Shown one piece after another: positions 21,365 through 31,952 of a DNA stretch of 58,004 bases. Position 1 is the first letter of the stretch. Each line of letters opens with the position of its first letter. The stretch is from an uncultured Dethiobacter sp. (GTDB lineage: Bacteria; Bacillota; Dethiobacteria; DTU022; UBA8154): contig CAZAQM010000001.1 of NCBI GenBank assembly GCA_964487385.1, positions 1 to 58,004 of the forward strand, given 5' to 3'. The notes beneath the pieces were generated by a model, which saw nothing but the letters and a program-made list of their open reading frames with translations, ran no database searches and was not told the origin of the DNA. The translations under genes were made by a program, and so were the position numbers.

Positions 21365-22288
21365 ATGGGTACCTTTCTGCGGGATATGAACATTTTAATT
21401 ATTGGCGGGGACAAAAGGGAAGCAGAACTATTTTCCTACCTAAAGAAAACCGGCGCGAAGGTATCGATGTTTGGTTTTGAAAAATATGAATATCTAAACG
21501 AAATTGTTCTAGCTGAAAACCTGATCGAATCAATATTTACAGCACAGGTTATCATTACCCCCCTGGCTGGGATCGAAGCAAACGGAGAGATCTATGCCCC
21601 CTATGCTTTGGAAAAGATCTCCTTAAATAACTTAACGGTACTGAGAGCATTTAACCGGGGGACAATTTTTCTTGCCGGGCATCTGGAACCGACATTAAAG
21701 GGGCTTTTAACAGGCTACGGAGCCCAGATCTGTGAAACGAGCAAACTCGACGAAATTTCCATCCTGAATGCTGTACCCACCGCCGAAGGCGCCATTCAAG
21801 CTGCCATGGAATATACGGATATAACGATTTATAAAAGCAATAGTTTTGTGCTCGGTTTTGGCCGATGCGGCAAAATACTGGCTTTAACATTAAAAGCCCT
21901 GGGTGCAGAGGTAAGCGTGGCAGCAAGAAAACCGGAAGTTTTAGCCCTGGTTGAGGCTTTGAACCTTACCCCCGTTCCACTCGGCCGGCTGGCCGATAAG
22001 ATTTCCACCGCCGATATTATTTTTAACACGGTACCTGCTCTGGTCGTAGATGCAGAAGTTCTTTATCGCATTAAAAGCTCGACAATAATCATCGATATAT
22101 CTTCATTTCCCTACGGGGTGGATTTTAATGTGGCTGAAAGGCTAAATATCAAATCAGTTATTCTTCCCGGGCTGCCGGGAAAGGTTGCCCCGAAAACAGC
22201 GGGAAGAATACTTGCCCAGGTTTATCCGGGGCTCATTAAAAAAATGTTAAAAAGAGAAGGGGAAAAGGATGAGTTTGCAGGGCATTAA
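21365..22288 (+). CDS. dpaA: dipicolinate synthase subunit A
   Basis: N-terminal ILIIGGDKRE and an NAD-binding GFGRCGK are present. It is paired with the dpaB flavoprotein, and synteny matches spoVFA-spoVFB-dapA. Confidence 0.85.
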   Translation: MGTFLRDMNILIIGGDKREAELFSYLKKTGAKVSMFGFEKYEYLNEIVLAENLIESIFTAQVIITPLAGIEANGEIYAPYALEKISLNNLTVLRAFNRGTIFLAGHLEPTLKGLLTGYGAQICETSKLDEISILNAVPTAEGAIQAAMEYTDITIYKSNSFVLGFGRCGKILALTLKALGAEVSVAARKPEVLALVEALNLTPVPLGRLADKISTADIIFNTVPALVVDAEVLYRIKSSTIIIDISSFPYGVDFNVAERLNIKSVILPGLPGKVAPKTAGRILAQVYPGLIKKMLKREGEKDEFAGH

Positions 22289-22859
22289 AATAGGGCTGGC
22301 TTTAACCGGATCGCATTGTACAATCGATCAGGTTTTTCCGCAAATTAACAGGTTGGTTGCGGCAGGTGCAAGTATTACCCCCATTATTACTCCTGCCGTC
22401 GATTTGAGCGATACCCGCTTTGGTGACGCCCGGGTTATCAAAACAAGGCTCTTTGAGAGCACGGGCAGCGATATTATCAAAAGCATTACCGATGCCGAGC
22501 CAATTGGCCCCCATAAGCTTTTAGACCTGTTGATCATAGCCCCCTGCACGGGAAACACCCTGGCAAAGCTGGCCAACGGGATAACAGATACCCCCGCTTT
22601 GATGGCGGCGAAATCGCAGCTGCGGAACCTGCGGCCGGTTTTATTGGCCATTTCCACGAATGATGGGCTGGGGTTAAATGCCAAAAATATCGGCGTGTTA
22701 TTGGCGACTAAAAATATTTTTATGGTTCCCTTTGGGCAGGATGAACCGATGCTCAAACCCAATTCCCTTGTTTCCAGGATGGATTTGCTGCCCGCTGCTG
22801 CGGAAAGTGCGCTGAGAGGGGAGCAGTTTCAGCCCCTTTTGGTTAGCCACGAATTATAA
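22269..22859 (+). CDS. dpaB: dipicolinate synthase subunit B
   Basis: Flavoprotein-type GLALTGSHCT and PCTGNTLAKLANGITD are present. It overlaps dpaA by 20 nt. Confidence 0.85.
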   Translation: MSLQGIKIGLALTGSHCTIDQVFPQINRLVAAGASITPIITPAVDLSDTRFGDARVIKTRLFESTGSDIIKSITDAEPIGPHKLLDLLIIAPCTGNTLAKLANGITDTPALMAAKSQLRNLRPVLLAISTNDGLGLNAKNIGVLLATKNIFMVPFGQDEPMLKPNSLVSRMDLLPAAAESALRGEQFQPLLVSHEL

Positions 22860-22904
22860 ATTATAACCAGGTTGAAGAAGACCGGGTCGTAGTTGCATTG
22901 CCGT

Positions 22905-22933
22905 TTGTAAAAAACGACAACCTTTGCTATAAT
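22905..22933 (+). promoter_or_regulatory. sigma-A type promoter for dapA
   Basis: TTGTAA, a 17 nt spacer, then TATAAT, with an extended -10 TGc. Confidence 0.5.
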
Positions 22934-22965
22934 AATTACATTATCCTGGTAGGGAGGTTATAGAC

Positions 22966-23850
22966 TTGCACTCGCATTTTGGCTCTTTGGTCACTGCAAT
23001 GATAACACCTTTTCATCCCAACCTCGAGATAAATTATCAAAAGGTTGAAGAACTAGTGGAGATTCTCCTGCAAAAGGGCTCCGACAGTTTGGTTATTGCC
23101 GGGACGACCGGGGAATCGCCGGCCCTTTGCGAAGAGGAAAAGTTAAAGCTATTTAAAGTTGTCGCCGATGTTGCCAGGGGAAGGGCCAAGATTCTTGCCG
23201 GGGCAGGGGGAAACTATACCCAAAGCACGATCGAAATGTGCCAAAAAGCTGAAAAGATGGGTATAGACGGCCTGATGCTGGTCACACCGTATTACAACAA
23301 ACCTCCCCAGGAAGGGCTGTATCGCCATTTCGCAAAAATTGCCGGATCGGTATCGCTGCCCATTATGCTTTATAACGTTCCCGGAAGAACCGGCGTAAAC
23401 CTTCAGGCAGAAACGACGCTGCGCCTGGCAGAGATCGACAATATTGTGGCCATCAAAGAGGCAAGCGGCGATCTTGAGAAGATAACGGCGATCTGTGCCG
23501 ACAGCCCGGAAGAATTTTCTGTTTACAGCGGCGATGACTCCATGACCCTGCCCATTATCAGCGCCGGCGGGCGGGGAGTTGTGAGCATTGCCTCCCATCT
23601 GGCCGGTTTGCAGATCAAACAAATGATGGAGGCCTTTTTTAACCAGGATACCAGTACGGCGGTTGGGCTGCACCAAAAGTTAATGCCGCTGTTTAAGGCC
23701 CTGTTTATTACGACAAATCCCATACCGTTAAAAGCGGCATTAAATTTATCAGGGATGGACGTAGGGGAGCCCCGTTTGCCGCTGATATCTTTGCCGGAAA
23801 CCCTTTCTCAAACCTTAAAGGAAGTGCTGGATCGCTATACTTTCGATTAA
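22966..23850 (+). CDS. dapA: 4-hydroxy-tetrahydrodipicolinate synthase
   Basis: Motifs TAMITPF, GTTGESP and YNVPGRTG are present, plus the Schiff-base Lys context AIKEASGD. Confidence 0.94.
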   Translation: MHSHFGSLVTAMITPFHPNLEINYQKVEELVEILLQKGSDSLVIAGTTGESPALCEEEKLKLFKVVADVARGRAKILAGAGGNYTQSTIEMCQKAEKMGIDGLMLVTPYYNKPPQEGLYRHFAKIAGSVSLPIMLYNVPGRTGVNLQAETTLRLAEIDNIVAIKEASGDLEKITAICADSPEEFSVYSGDDSMTLPIISAGGRGVVSIASHLAGLQIKQMMEAFFNQDTSTAVGLHQKLMPLFKALFITTNPIPLKAALNLSGMDVGEPRLPLISLPETLSQTLKEVLDRYTFD

Positions 23851-23922
23851 TTTGCCTATCGGTTTGACGGGGGCAAATTTTTTTCGTGCGGTAATATGGC
23901 GTTTATATGTAAGGACTTGCCG

Positions 23923-23950
23923 GGACGGCTAATGGGGCCGTCCTTTTGTG
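23923..23950 (+). terminator. rho-independent terminator after dapA
   Basis: GGACGGC, a 7 nt loop, GCCGTCC, followed by TTTTGTG. Confidence 0.7.
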
Positions 23951-23978
23951 TATGCAGTTCATGCAGCAGAATCATTGT

Positions 23979-24007
23979 TTGCCTTTAAAGTGGGGATCGA
24001 GTATAAT
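23979..24007 (+). promoter_or_regulatory. sigma-A type promoter for rnj
   Basis: TTGCCT, a 17 nt spacer, then TATAAT. Confidence 0.5.
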
Positions 24008-24058
24008 AAAAACAATTAAAATGGCCGGAAAATAATTTAGGAGAGGTGTTATTTTTTT

Positions 24059-25741
24059 TTGCGCAAAGTAAAAGAAAAGGGCAGACGCGATAAGGTTCAA
24101 ATCATCCCCTTGGGCGGCGTAGGGGAGATTGGCAAAAACATGTTCGTCGTTCAATACAAACAGGAGATAATTATCATCGATGCAGGGCTGAAGTTTCCGG
24201 AGGACGAAATGCTGGGCGTTGATCTGGTTATCCCGGATATAGCCTATCTAGTGGAAAATAAAAGCAAAATAAAAGCGATTATTTTAACTCATGGCCACGA
24301 GGATCATATCGGCGCTCTTCCTTATGTCCTACCCCACATTGATGTGCCTATTTACGGAACACGGCTGACCCTGGGCCTATTAAAAATTAAACTGGAAGAA
24401 TCCGGGTTGTTAAACCAGGCTTCCTTGCACGAAATTTATGGGGGCGAAAATATTGTAATCGGTTCAACTAAGGTAGGGTTTTTTTCCACCAATCACAGCA
24501 TACCGGATTCTGTGGGGGTTATCCTCAGGACGCCAGTAGGTAATGTGGTCTATACCAGCGATTTTAAATTTGATCACACTCCTGTCCTGGGCAATATTAC
24601 GCAATTCGATCTTTTGGCAGAGGTGGGCAGGGAAGGAGTTCTGGTAGCTCTTTCAGATAGTACAAATGCCGAACGGGAGGGCTATACCCATTCGGAAAAA
24701 GAGGTTGGGGAAACGCTGACAGATATTTTTTTATCTACCGAAGGCCGGATTATCATCGTTTCTTTTGCCTCCAATGTCCACAGGATCCAACAGATCGTTA
24801 CTGCAGCAAGCATTGCCGGCCGGAAGATTGCTGTTGATGGCTGGAGCATGGTAAATGTCGTGGAAATTTCCCGCGAACTGGGGTATCTGCACATTCCCAA
24901 CGAGCTGTTGCTGGACGTGGAAGACGTTAGAAAATACCCCCGCGAAAAGATTGTTATCCTGACAACCGGTACCCAGGGGGAACCGCTCTCTGCTCTTACC
25001 AGGCTGGCCAATGCCAACCATCGGAAACTGGAAATTATTCCGGGCGATACAGTCGTTATCGCTGCTACCCCCATTCCCGGGAACGAAAAACTGGTTCACC
25101 GGACCATCGATAATCTTTTCCGTCGGGGGGCAAATGTAATTTATGAGGGGATCTCCGGGGTTCATGTTTCCGGCCATGGGAGCCAGGAAGAGCTCAAGCT
25201 GATGTTAAACCTGCTCCGCCCCAAGTATTTGATTCCGGTTCACGGGGAGTACCGCCACCTGATTCATCATGCCGCCCTGGCGGAAAAAATTGGCATCCCC
25301 AAGGAAAATATTTTTATTGTGGAAAATGGTACAGTCCTGGAATTTTCCTCTGCGGAAGGTAAAATAACATCGAACGTACAGGCCGGTGCAGTTTTTATTG
25401 ATGGCCTGGGGGTTGGCGATGTGGGCAATATCGTCTTGAGGGACCGGAAGGTCCTGTCCAGGGATGGCATTTTTATCGTCGTTATGGCTATCGACAGCAA
25501 GGAAAAGGAACTCTTGTCAGGTCCCGATATTGTCTCCAGGGGCTTTGTCTATATGAAAGAATCGGAGGAGCTCCTGGACGAAGCCCGGGAGATAGTGAGC
25601 GAGGTTATTGCCGCATTGTTGCTCAAAAAAGTAAGCAACTGGCAGATCATCAAAAATAGCATAAAGGATTCGATGGGGAAATTTCTCTGGGAAAAAACCG
25701 GGAGAAAGCCGATGATTTTACCTATTATCATGGAAATCTGA
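24059..25741 (+). CDS. rnj: ribonuclease J
   Basis: Metallo-beta-lactamase motif HGHEDHIG, a beta-CASP region and a C-terminal domain are present. Protein is 560 aa. Synteny with dapA and tepA supports it. Confidence 0.93.
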   Translation: MRKVKEKGRRDKVQIIPLGGVGEIGKNMFVVQYKQEIIIIDAGLKFPEDEMLGVDLVIPDIAYLVENKSKIKAIILTHGHEDHIGALPYVLPHIDVPIYGTRLTLGLLKIKLEESGLLNQASLHEIYGGENIVIGSTKVGFFSTNHSIPDSVGVILRTPVGNVVYTSDFKFDHTPVLGNITQFDLLAEVGREGVLVALSDSTNAEREGYTHSEKEVGETLTDIFLSTEGRIIIVSFASNVHRIQQIVTAASIAGRKIAVDGWSMVNVVEISRELGYLHIPNELLLDVEDVRKYPREKIVILTTGTQGEPLSALTRLANANHRKLEIIPGDTVVIAATPIPGNEKLVHRTIDNLFRRGANVIYEGISGVHVSGHGSQEELKLMLNLLRPKYLIPVHGEYRHLIHHAALAEKIGIPKENIFIVENGTVLEFSSAEGKITSNVQAGAVFIDGLGVGDVGNIVLRDRKVLSRDGIFIVVMAIDSKEKELLSGPDIVSRGFVYMKESEELLDEAREIVSEVIAALLLKKVSNWQIIKNSIKDSMGKFLWEKTGRKPMILPIIMEI

Positions 25742-25963
25742 AAGGCCCCATTTAAGTTCTATTTCTTTGCCGGGCTGTAGATCCGGGTGCAGATAATCGT
25801 TAATATCTGAACTGATCAGGCGTACTATCCTGCCGGTGGAGGCGGAGAGAAGCTCTACTTCAATAGTACCCCTGGCAAAAGGTAGCTGGAGGCGGTTTTT
25901 CTTCTGTTCCGTTACTTGCTCCCGGAAAATTTCTTCGAGGGGAATAGGGGTATAAAGAACCAT
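25718..25963 (-). CDS. ylzJ: YlzJ-like small protein
   Basis: N-terminal MVLYTPIPLEEIF resembles the YlzJ family start. AGGAG RBS is present. It lies directly downstream of the tepA-like gene, as in B. subtilis. Its 3' end overlaps the rnj 3' end by 24 nt (convergent). Confidence 0.6.
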   Translation of the reverse strand: MVLYTPIPLEEIFREQVTEQKKNRLQLPFARGTIEVELLSASTGRIVRLISSDINDYLHPDLQPGKEIELKWGLSDFHDNR

Positions 25964-25986
25964 GCCCGTTTCACTCCTTTTATTCG

Positions 25987-26742
25987 TTAATGCATTTCAG
26001 ACGTTTCTTTTTCCCTGATGAGCGTTCGCAGCTTGGATACCGCATCGGAAAGGCCGCCTATTGCATCGATAAGCCCGATATCCACTGCCTCCTGGCCGAT
26101 GAGGACTGTACCTATATCCCTTCCCAACTGGTTGGTATTGAACATGAGCTCTTTAAATTTTTCTTTGGGAACATGTGAATGTCTGCTGACAAATTCAATG
26201 ACCCTATCCTGCATCTTATCCAGATACTCAAAAAATTGGAATATGCCGATGACCTGGCCTGTTAGTCTGATGGGGTGAATGGTCATCGTTGCCGTTGGGG
26301 AGATAATACTGTAATCGCAGCTGATGGAAATGGGCACTCCGATGGAGTGTCCGCCGCCCAACACCAAAGAAACGCTTGGTTTGGAAAGGGTATTAACCAT
26401 TTCAGCGATAGCCAGTCCTGCCTCGACATCACCTCCAACGGTATTGAGGATGAGCAACACCCCCTTTATCTGGGGATTTTGTTCCACGGCAACCAGTTGA
26501 GGGATAACATGTTCATATTTTGTGGTTTTGTTCTGTGGGGGAAGGACGAGATGTCCTTCAATTTGCCCGATGATGGTCAGAATAAAGATGTCGCTGTCCT
26601 GTTTGGGCAGATCAAGCTGTCCAATCTTTTCCAGGGTATCCGTTCTTTCTTCCTGGGTGGGAGGTTGTTGCCCCGGCGTTTCCAAATCAGGTCTTTCCTG
26701 TGGTTCCTGAAAATGGAGATTGCTTTCAGAAGCTTTTTTCAA
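25987..26742 (-). CDS. tepA: ClpP-family protease-like protein (TepA-like)
   Basis: ClpP/crotonase-fold motifs [16 protein letters not shown] and LGGGHSIGV are present. TTG start. There is an N-terminal Pro/Glu-rich extension. Confidence 0.75.
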   Translation of the reverse strand: MKKASESNLHFQEPQERPDLETPGQQPPTQEERTDTLEKIGQLDLPKQDSDIFILTIIGQIEGHLVLPPQNKTTKYEHVIPQLVAVEQNPQIKGVLLILNTVGGDVEAGLAIAEMVNTLSKPSVSLVLGGGHSIGVPISISCDYSIISPTATMTIHPIRLTGQVIGIFQFFEYLDKMQDRVIEFVSRHSHVPKEKFKELMFNTNQLGRDIGTVLIGQEAVDIGLIDAIGGLSDAVSKLRTLIREKETSEMH

Positions 26743-26862
26743 TTTATGCTGCCCCCTTTTTTTATATTTTCCCCCAATCGGGGTTGAATTATATGGGGGA
26801 AGAAGTTCTATTTTTTGGCCTTTTCGGATAAGGATAAGATAAAATCCCGGGAAGGAAAATTG

Positions 26863-27831
26863 ATGTTATTTCTGGAGGCAGGAAAATTCGCACTGGCCCT
26901 TCTTTTATTATTGGGCGGCATCAGGGCAGTGAGCCGCAGCCTGCAACAGCTGGCCGGAGGGAGATTTCACGGGCTTCTCAAAAGATCGGTGTCAACCCCC
27001 TGGAGGGGGTTTTGCGCCGGTCTGACAATAACCACCATTTTACAGAGCAGCAGTTTGGTTACGGTGATGGTCGTTGGCTTTATAAACGCTGGTTTGCTAA
27101 CGTTGACCCAAGGGCTGGGTGTGGTTATTGGAGCAAATCTTGGCACAACCATTACTTCCCAAATATTTTCCGTTGAGAGCGGTTTTTTAATTATTCCTCT
27201 TATAATAGCCGGTTTGGCCTTTTACTGCCTCGAGCTTTTTTTAAGGAGGCCACTTGGCGGAAAAGCACTGCTGAGCATTGCTATTGTGCTCTGCGGTATT
27301 CAGCTATTGGTCTTTACCTTGGAGCCCTTTGCCGCTACGGCCACCTTCCGCCATCTTTTCGCATTCAGCCGGGGATCCCCCTGGAAAGGAATTATTACCG
27401 GTACTACTGCCGCGGCTATCATCCAGAGCAGCAGCGTGACGATCGGCATGGTCATACTCCTGGCCAGGGAAGGTTGTTTGGCCTTTCCTGAGGCGCTGGC
27501 AATTGTCGTGGGGGCGGATCTGGGGACCTGCCTGACGGCCCTGCTGGCCTCCGTGGGAACTATACCTGCGGCAAAAAGGGTGGCCCTGGGGCATCTTTTT
27601 TTTAATCTTACCTCAATTCTTCTCGTCGTCCTTTTTTGGAAGCCTTTTTTGCGGGCCGCGGGAATAACTTCCTCCGATATTGCCAGGCAGGTGGCCAATG
27701 CTCATGCCCTTTACAACTTATTGGGTGCGGCAGTCTTCCTGCCGTTAGTCGATAAATATGCTGGTGTTTTGCAAAATATAGGTGGCAGGCAAAAAGATAG
27801 GTTTGCAAGAAGGAAAAAGGTGGGTATCTGA
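26863..27831 (+). CDS. Na/Pi-cotransporter family membrane protein (short form, no PhoU-like tail)
   Basis: Duplicated motifs [13 protein letters not shown]...[11 protein letters not shown] and [10 protein letters not shown]...[10 protein letters not shown] are present. Start trimmed to ATG 26863. Confidence 0.75.
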   Translation: MLFLEAGKFALALLLLLGGIRAVSRSLQQLAGGRFHGLLKRSVSTPWRGFCAGLTITTILQSSSLVTVMVVGFINAGLLTLTQGLGVVIGANLGTTITSQIFSVESGFLIIPLIIAGLAFYCLELFLRRPLGGKALLSIAIVLCGIQLLVFTLEPFAATATFRHLFAFSRGSPWKGIITGTTAAAIIQSSSVTIGMVILLAREGCLAFPEALAIVVGADLGTCLTALLASVGTIPAAKRVALGHLFFNLTSILLVVLFWKPFLRAAGITSSDIARQVANAHALYNLLGAAVFLPLVDKYAGVLQNIGGRQKDRFARRKKVGI

Positions 27832-27912
27832 AGAAAGAAAAAAGATACAAGGTCCACTTGAAAAAGGTTCAAAGGACATGATTCCCAGCGAATATCTTGG
27901 GGAGGCCAGGCT

Positions 27913-28722
27913 ATGAATTTGGCAGAAGCAATTTTTTTAGGGTTACTGCAGGGTTTTACCGAGTTCCTGCCCGTGAGCAGTTCGGGGCATCTCGTTATCT
28001 TTCAGCATCTTTTTGGCATCTCCCAGCCGGGTGTTACCTTTGAGGTGCTGGTCCATTTCGGGACGATGCTTTCGATTCTAGTCGTTTTCTGGGGGGATCT
28101 GGCCGCCCTCGTCAGGGGGCTTTTCCATAACGGCCGCGGGAGCCGCGGGCAAAAAAGGCTTTTTTTTCTGTTGCTCATAGGTACAGCAGCCACGGGTCTC
28201 GTGGGGTTGACGATGGGTTCATTTTTAAAGGGCCTCTTTGAAAAACCTGTTTTAACCGGTTTTATGCTGCTCGTAACCGGTTTTATCGTCTATCTGACCG
28301 CCGGGCTGGGCAAGCGCCCGGGCGGAAAAAGCATCGACAAGATGGGCTATATGGACGGGATCGTAACGGGCATATTTCAGGGGATCGCCATCATACCCGG
28401 AATATCTCGTTCCGGATCGACTATTTTAGCTTCGCTCTTTCGCGGCCTGAAGAGACAGGCAGCCATTAAATTTTCTTTTTTACTCGCCCTGCCCGCCATT
28501 GCCGGGGCCACCCTCGTGGAGTCGATAGGCATCGTTCGCCTGGGGGAGGTTCCCGCCCATTTTTCCTTATACCTTTTGGCTACCCTGCTGGCCTTTTTAG
28601 CCGGCGTCCTTTCCATTAAAATATTCATCAAGCTGTTAAATAAGGGAAAGTTCCACTATTTCTCCTACTACTGCTGGGCGATGGGGACATTCTCCATATT
28701 GTACTTTCTTTTTCACAAGTAA
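27913..28722 (+). CDS. uppP: undecaprenyl-diphosphate phosphatase
   Basis: Motifs EFLPVSSSGHL and PGISRSGSTI are present in a polytopic protein of 269 aa. Confidence 0.92.
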   Translation: MNLAEAIFLGLLQGFTEFLPVSSSGHLVIFQHLFGISQPGVTFEVLVHFGTMLSILVVFWGDLAALVRGLFHNGRGSRGQKRLFFLLLIGTAATGLVGLTMGSFLKGLFEKPVLTGFMLLVTGFIVYLTAGLGKRPGGKSIDKMGYMDGIVTGIFQGIAIIPGISRSGSTILASLFRGLKRQAAIKFSFLLALPAIAGATLVESIGIVRLGEVPAHFSLYLLATLLAFLAGVLSIKIFIKLLNKGKFHYFSYYCWAMGTFSILYFLFHK

Positions 28723-28746
28723 TGCCCAAGAAAATATGAGGTTAAG

Positions 28747-31080
28747 ATGGCAGCAAAAAAACCAAAGAAAAGAAATGGGAATGAAAAGAAGCCAAAGGAT
28801 ACCATCCAAAACCAGGTAAGGGCAATTTTGTTTATCGGGGCGGCTGTTTTCCTTTTCGTTTGCATTCAGTTTACCGATCAAACGGGGCTGCTCGGCACGG
28901 CAATGAGCCTCGTTTTCAGAACGTTTTTAGGTGAGGCGGCGCTAGCCCTGCCATTTTTCTTTCTAGTCGTTTCCCTGGGCTATTTTTGGCCCTATAGAAT
29001 TGATAATTTAAAAAATCGTCTTATCGGCCTGATCATTGTTTTTGGCATCTTGACCATTTCCCTGCATTTAAGGGTTTTCCTGCAAGTGCCTGCAGCTGCC
29101 GGCGGGAAGGGTATTTTTTCCGCCATGCTGGAACTTGGCCTTTTGCGGCAGGGCGGGGGGTTGTTAGGGGCCATATTGACGGCGGCTCTTTTCTTTCTTT
29201 TTAAAGATCTGGGCAGCTACATTGTGATAATTTCCCTGGGCCTCATAGCTTTATTGCTGATGACGAATAGTTCCCTGATGGAGTTGTTTGCCGGCTTGCG
29301 CAGCACCCTTGGTTTTCTCTTCAGGCATCTCAAAAATTTTAGCCGTGTTCTGAGCTATGGGGAGGAAAAAAAAGAAACAAAAAAAGAAAACAGCTATAAG
29401 ATTAAGGATTATGCTAATTTTTCTGTTGCCAAGGAGAGGCGGGAGAAAAAAGGGAAAAGGGAGCAAGAAGATAATGGTATGGCCATTTTTCCGGTAGGAG
29501 ACGAACCGGTGCATGAAGAAGAATATATAGCAGGTTTAACAATTAATGATACAAAAAAAGAAATCCCGGCAGGGGAGGACGGCTTGCCGGGATCGCCGCC
29601 GGAAGAAATCCCTGCGTCACTTGCTGTGTCTATGCCGGGAAGCGATGAATACTACGACGGGTACGAAATTCCCCCCCTGGATCTATTGACCAAAGTAAAC
29701 AAGCTGAAGGATTACCAGCAGCAAAAACTTATCCATGAGCGGGCCAGCGCCCTGGAAAACACCTTTGAAAGCTTTGGGGTGAAGGTGCGCATCAAAGAGG
29801 TGCAAGCCGGACCTGCCGTGACCCGCTACGAAATACAACCCGAAACAGGGGTGAAGGTCAGCAAAATACTAAGCCTCAGCGATGACCTGGCCTTAAATTT
29901 GGCAGCTCCCGATGTGCGCATTGAGGCGCCAATTCCTGGAAAGGCAGCCATTGGAATAGAGGTACCCAATAAAATTATCTCGCTGGTTTACCTGAGGGAA
30001 GTTTTGGAAGATAGCAGTTTTTTAAGTTCAACCTCTCCTTTAATAACCGGTTTGGGTAAGGACATTACCGGTGTACCGGTCTTTGCCGATTTGCTGAAGA
30101 TGCCCCACCTCCTCGTGGCCGGTTCTACCGGGTCGGGGAAAAGTGTCTGTATTAACTCGATCCTTTGCAGTATTTTATTAAAGGTGCCCCCCTGGGCAGT
30201 AAAATTTTTATTGATCGATCCGAAAATTGTCGAACTCAGCGTCTACAACGGTATCCCCCACCTGATCTCCCCGGTGGTGACGGAGGCCAAAAAAGCAGCG
30301 CTGGCCCTGCGGGCTATGGTCAAGGAAATGGAAAGAAGGTACGAACTATTTGCCCAAAGCGGCGTTCGGGATATTGCCAAATACAACGAGACGTACGACC
30401 TGCTTCCCTATATCGTTGTCGTCATCGACGAGCTTGCCGATCTGATGATGGTCTCTCCTTCCGAAGTGGAAGATTCCATCGTCAGGTTATCCCAGATGGC
30501 CAGGGCGGCCGGTATACATCTCGTTATCGCTACCCAGCGTCCGTCGGTAGACGTTATTACCGGTTTGATTAAGGCCAATATTACCTCCCGGATAGCTTTT
30601 GCCGTATCTTCACAAATCGATTCCCGGACCATCCTGGATACAGGGGGGGCGGAAAAACTTCTTGGGCGGGGTGATATGCTCTACCATCCCATTGGTTTGC
30701 ATAAATTATTAAGGGTCCAGGGCGCCTTCATCAGCGAAAACGATATCTTAAAGGTTGTCGATTATATCAAACAGCAGGAAAGCCCTCTTTATCAACATTC
30801 TTTCCTTACCGAGGAAGAAACATCCGAGGAGATAGCGGAAGAAAAGACCGATATCCTCCTGCCGGAAGCAACCGATCTAATTTTGGATGTGGGATATGCC
30901 TCAATTTCCCTGATTCAAAGGCGCTTTCGCATAGGGTATAATAGGGCGGCACGCATAATTGATGATCTGGAGCGTTTTGGCATTGTAGGAAAATTTGAAG
31001 GAAGCAAACCAAGGCAGGTCATTGTCAGGGCTGAACAGGCCAGAGGAATTTTGGAAGGAAGGATCAAACCTAAAAAATAG
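28747..31080 (+). CDS. ftsK: DNA translocase FtsK/SpoIIIE
   Basis: N-terminal TM segments, an acidic/basic linker, Walker A GSTGSGKS, Walker B VVVIDELADLM and a gamma winged-helix ISLIQRRFRIGYNRAARIIDDLE are present. Confidence 0.95.
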   Translation: MAAKKPKKRNGNEKKPKDTIQNQVRAILFIGAAVFLFVCIQFTDQTGLLGTAMSLVFRTFLGEAALALPFFFLVVSLGYFWPYRIDNLKNRLIGLIIVFGILTISLHLRVFLQVPAAAGGKGIFSAMLELGLLRQGGGLLGAILTAALFFLFKDLGSYIVIISLGLIALLLMTNSSLMELFAGLRSTLGFLFRHLKNFSRVLSYGEEKKETKKENSYKIKDYANFSVAKERREKKGKREQEDNGMAIFPVGDEPVHEEEYIAGLTINDTKKEIPAGEDGLPGSPPEEIPASLAVSMPGSDEYYDGYEIPPLDLLTKVNKLKDYQQQKLIHERASALENTFESFGVKVRIKEVQAGPAVTRYEIQPETGVKVSKILSLSDDLALNLAAPDVRIEAPIPGKAAIGIEVPNKIISLVYLREVLEDSSFLSSTSPLITGLGKDITGVPVFADLLKMPHLLVAGSTGSGKSVCINSILCSILLKVPPWAVKFLLIDPKIVELSVYNGIPHLISPVVTEAKKAALALRAMVKEMERRYELFAQSGVRDIAKYNETYDLLPYIVVVIDELADLMMVSPSEVEDSIVRLSQMARAAGIHLVIATQRPSVDVITGLIKANITSRIAFAVSSQIDSRTILDTGGAEKLLGRGDMLYHPIGLHKLLRVQGAFISENDILKVVDYIKQQESPLYQHSFLTEEETSEEIAEEKTDILLPEATDLILDVGYASISLIQRRFRIGYNRAARIIDDLERFGIVGKFEGSKPRQVIVRAEQARGILEGRIKPKK

Positions 31081-31107
31081 TCCATTTTTTCAGTATCGAA
31101 AGGAGGA

Positions 31108-31932
31108 TTGTTTTTGCAGGAGATCGGCAGCTTGTTAAAAAAGGAGCGGCTAGAAAAAGGGATAAGCCTGGAAGAGATCAGCCGGAAAACCAAGATTCAG
31201 GTAAGGTATTTGCAAGCTCTCGAAAATGGTGATTTTTCCTGTTTTGCCGGTACAGTATATATTAAGGGCGCCCTGCGCAACTATGCCGAATCCATCGGTC
31301 TTAATGCCGGTGAGCTGATATCATATTACGAGAGAATTACCGGCGGGCAAAAAAACGAGGAAGGCAATCAGGAAAGCAGAAGCGAGCTGCTCATGGGCAG
31401 GGAAAGGCGGCCCTTTCCCATTGTTGCGCTGATCTGGGCAGTACTGATAATCGTTGTTTTTGGAGGCAGTATCTGGTACCGTTCCCAGTGCGATCCCGGT
31501 GGGGGCCGGCATTTCCTGTCACGGGGCGTTCCTGATTCCGGGGGCCAAATAGAGGAAAACGGGGAGGCGGAGGAGATTGAACCGCTCCCGGGGGCTTGGG
31601 AAGAACCAAAGGATTTTCCCCAACTTACCAGGTTGTCTTCGGATAAAAGGGAAGCAGTGTACCTCCTGAGCGGTGCAGGGGAGATGGCGCTTGTTCTTCA
31701 TTTCACCGAAAAATGCTGGGTAGAAATATTACGGGACGGCATTTTCGTGGAACAAAAGATTTACCTGGCTGGAGAGGAAAAGGTTTTGCCAGGGGGCAGC
31801 AGCGAAACCAAAATTCGTTTGGGGAATCCTTCGGGCGCCCGGCTGGAAGTAAACGGTTTGGAGCTGGACGACTGGCATGATATACCAAATCCTTTCAATA
31901 TTATTATAAAAATAGATGGGGAAAAATTATAA
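31108..31932 (+). CDS. rodZ: RodZ-like cytoskeleton protein (HTH, TM, DUF4115-like C-terminal domain)
   Basis: N-terminal XRE-type HTH (IGSLLKKERLEKGISLEEISRKTKIQVRYLQALE), a single TM and a C-terminal beta domain are present. Confidence 0.7.
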   Translation: MFLQEIGSLLKKERLEKGISLEEISRKTKIQVRYLQALENGDFSCFAGTVYIKGALRNYAESIGLNAGELISYYERITGGQKNEEGNQESRSELLMGRERRPFPIVALIWAVLIIVVFGGSIWYRSQCDPGGGRHFLSRGVPDSGGQIEENGEAEEIEPLPGAWEEPKDFPQLTRLSSDKREAVYLLSGAGEMALVLHFTEKCWVEILRDGIFVEQKIYLAGEEKVLPGGSSETKIRLGNPSGARLEVNGLELDDWHDIPNPFNIIIKIDGEKL

Positions 31933-31952
31933 GCAGCGAATGGGGTACGTTA

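Noticed and set aside
23896-23988. A 30-codon Cys-rich ORF (MAFICKDLPGRLMGPSFCVCSSCSRIIVCL) between dapA and rnj, considered as a possible small peptide or RiPP precursor.
   Set aside because: It has no Shine-Dalgarno sequence. It spans the dapA terminator hairpin and runs into the rnj -35 box. No modification enzymes are nearby.
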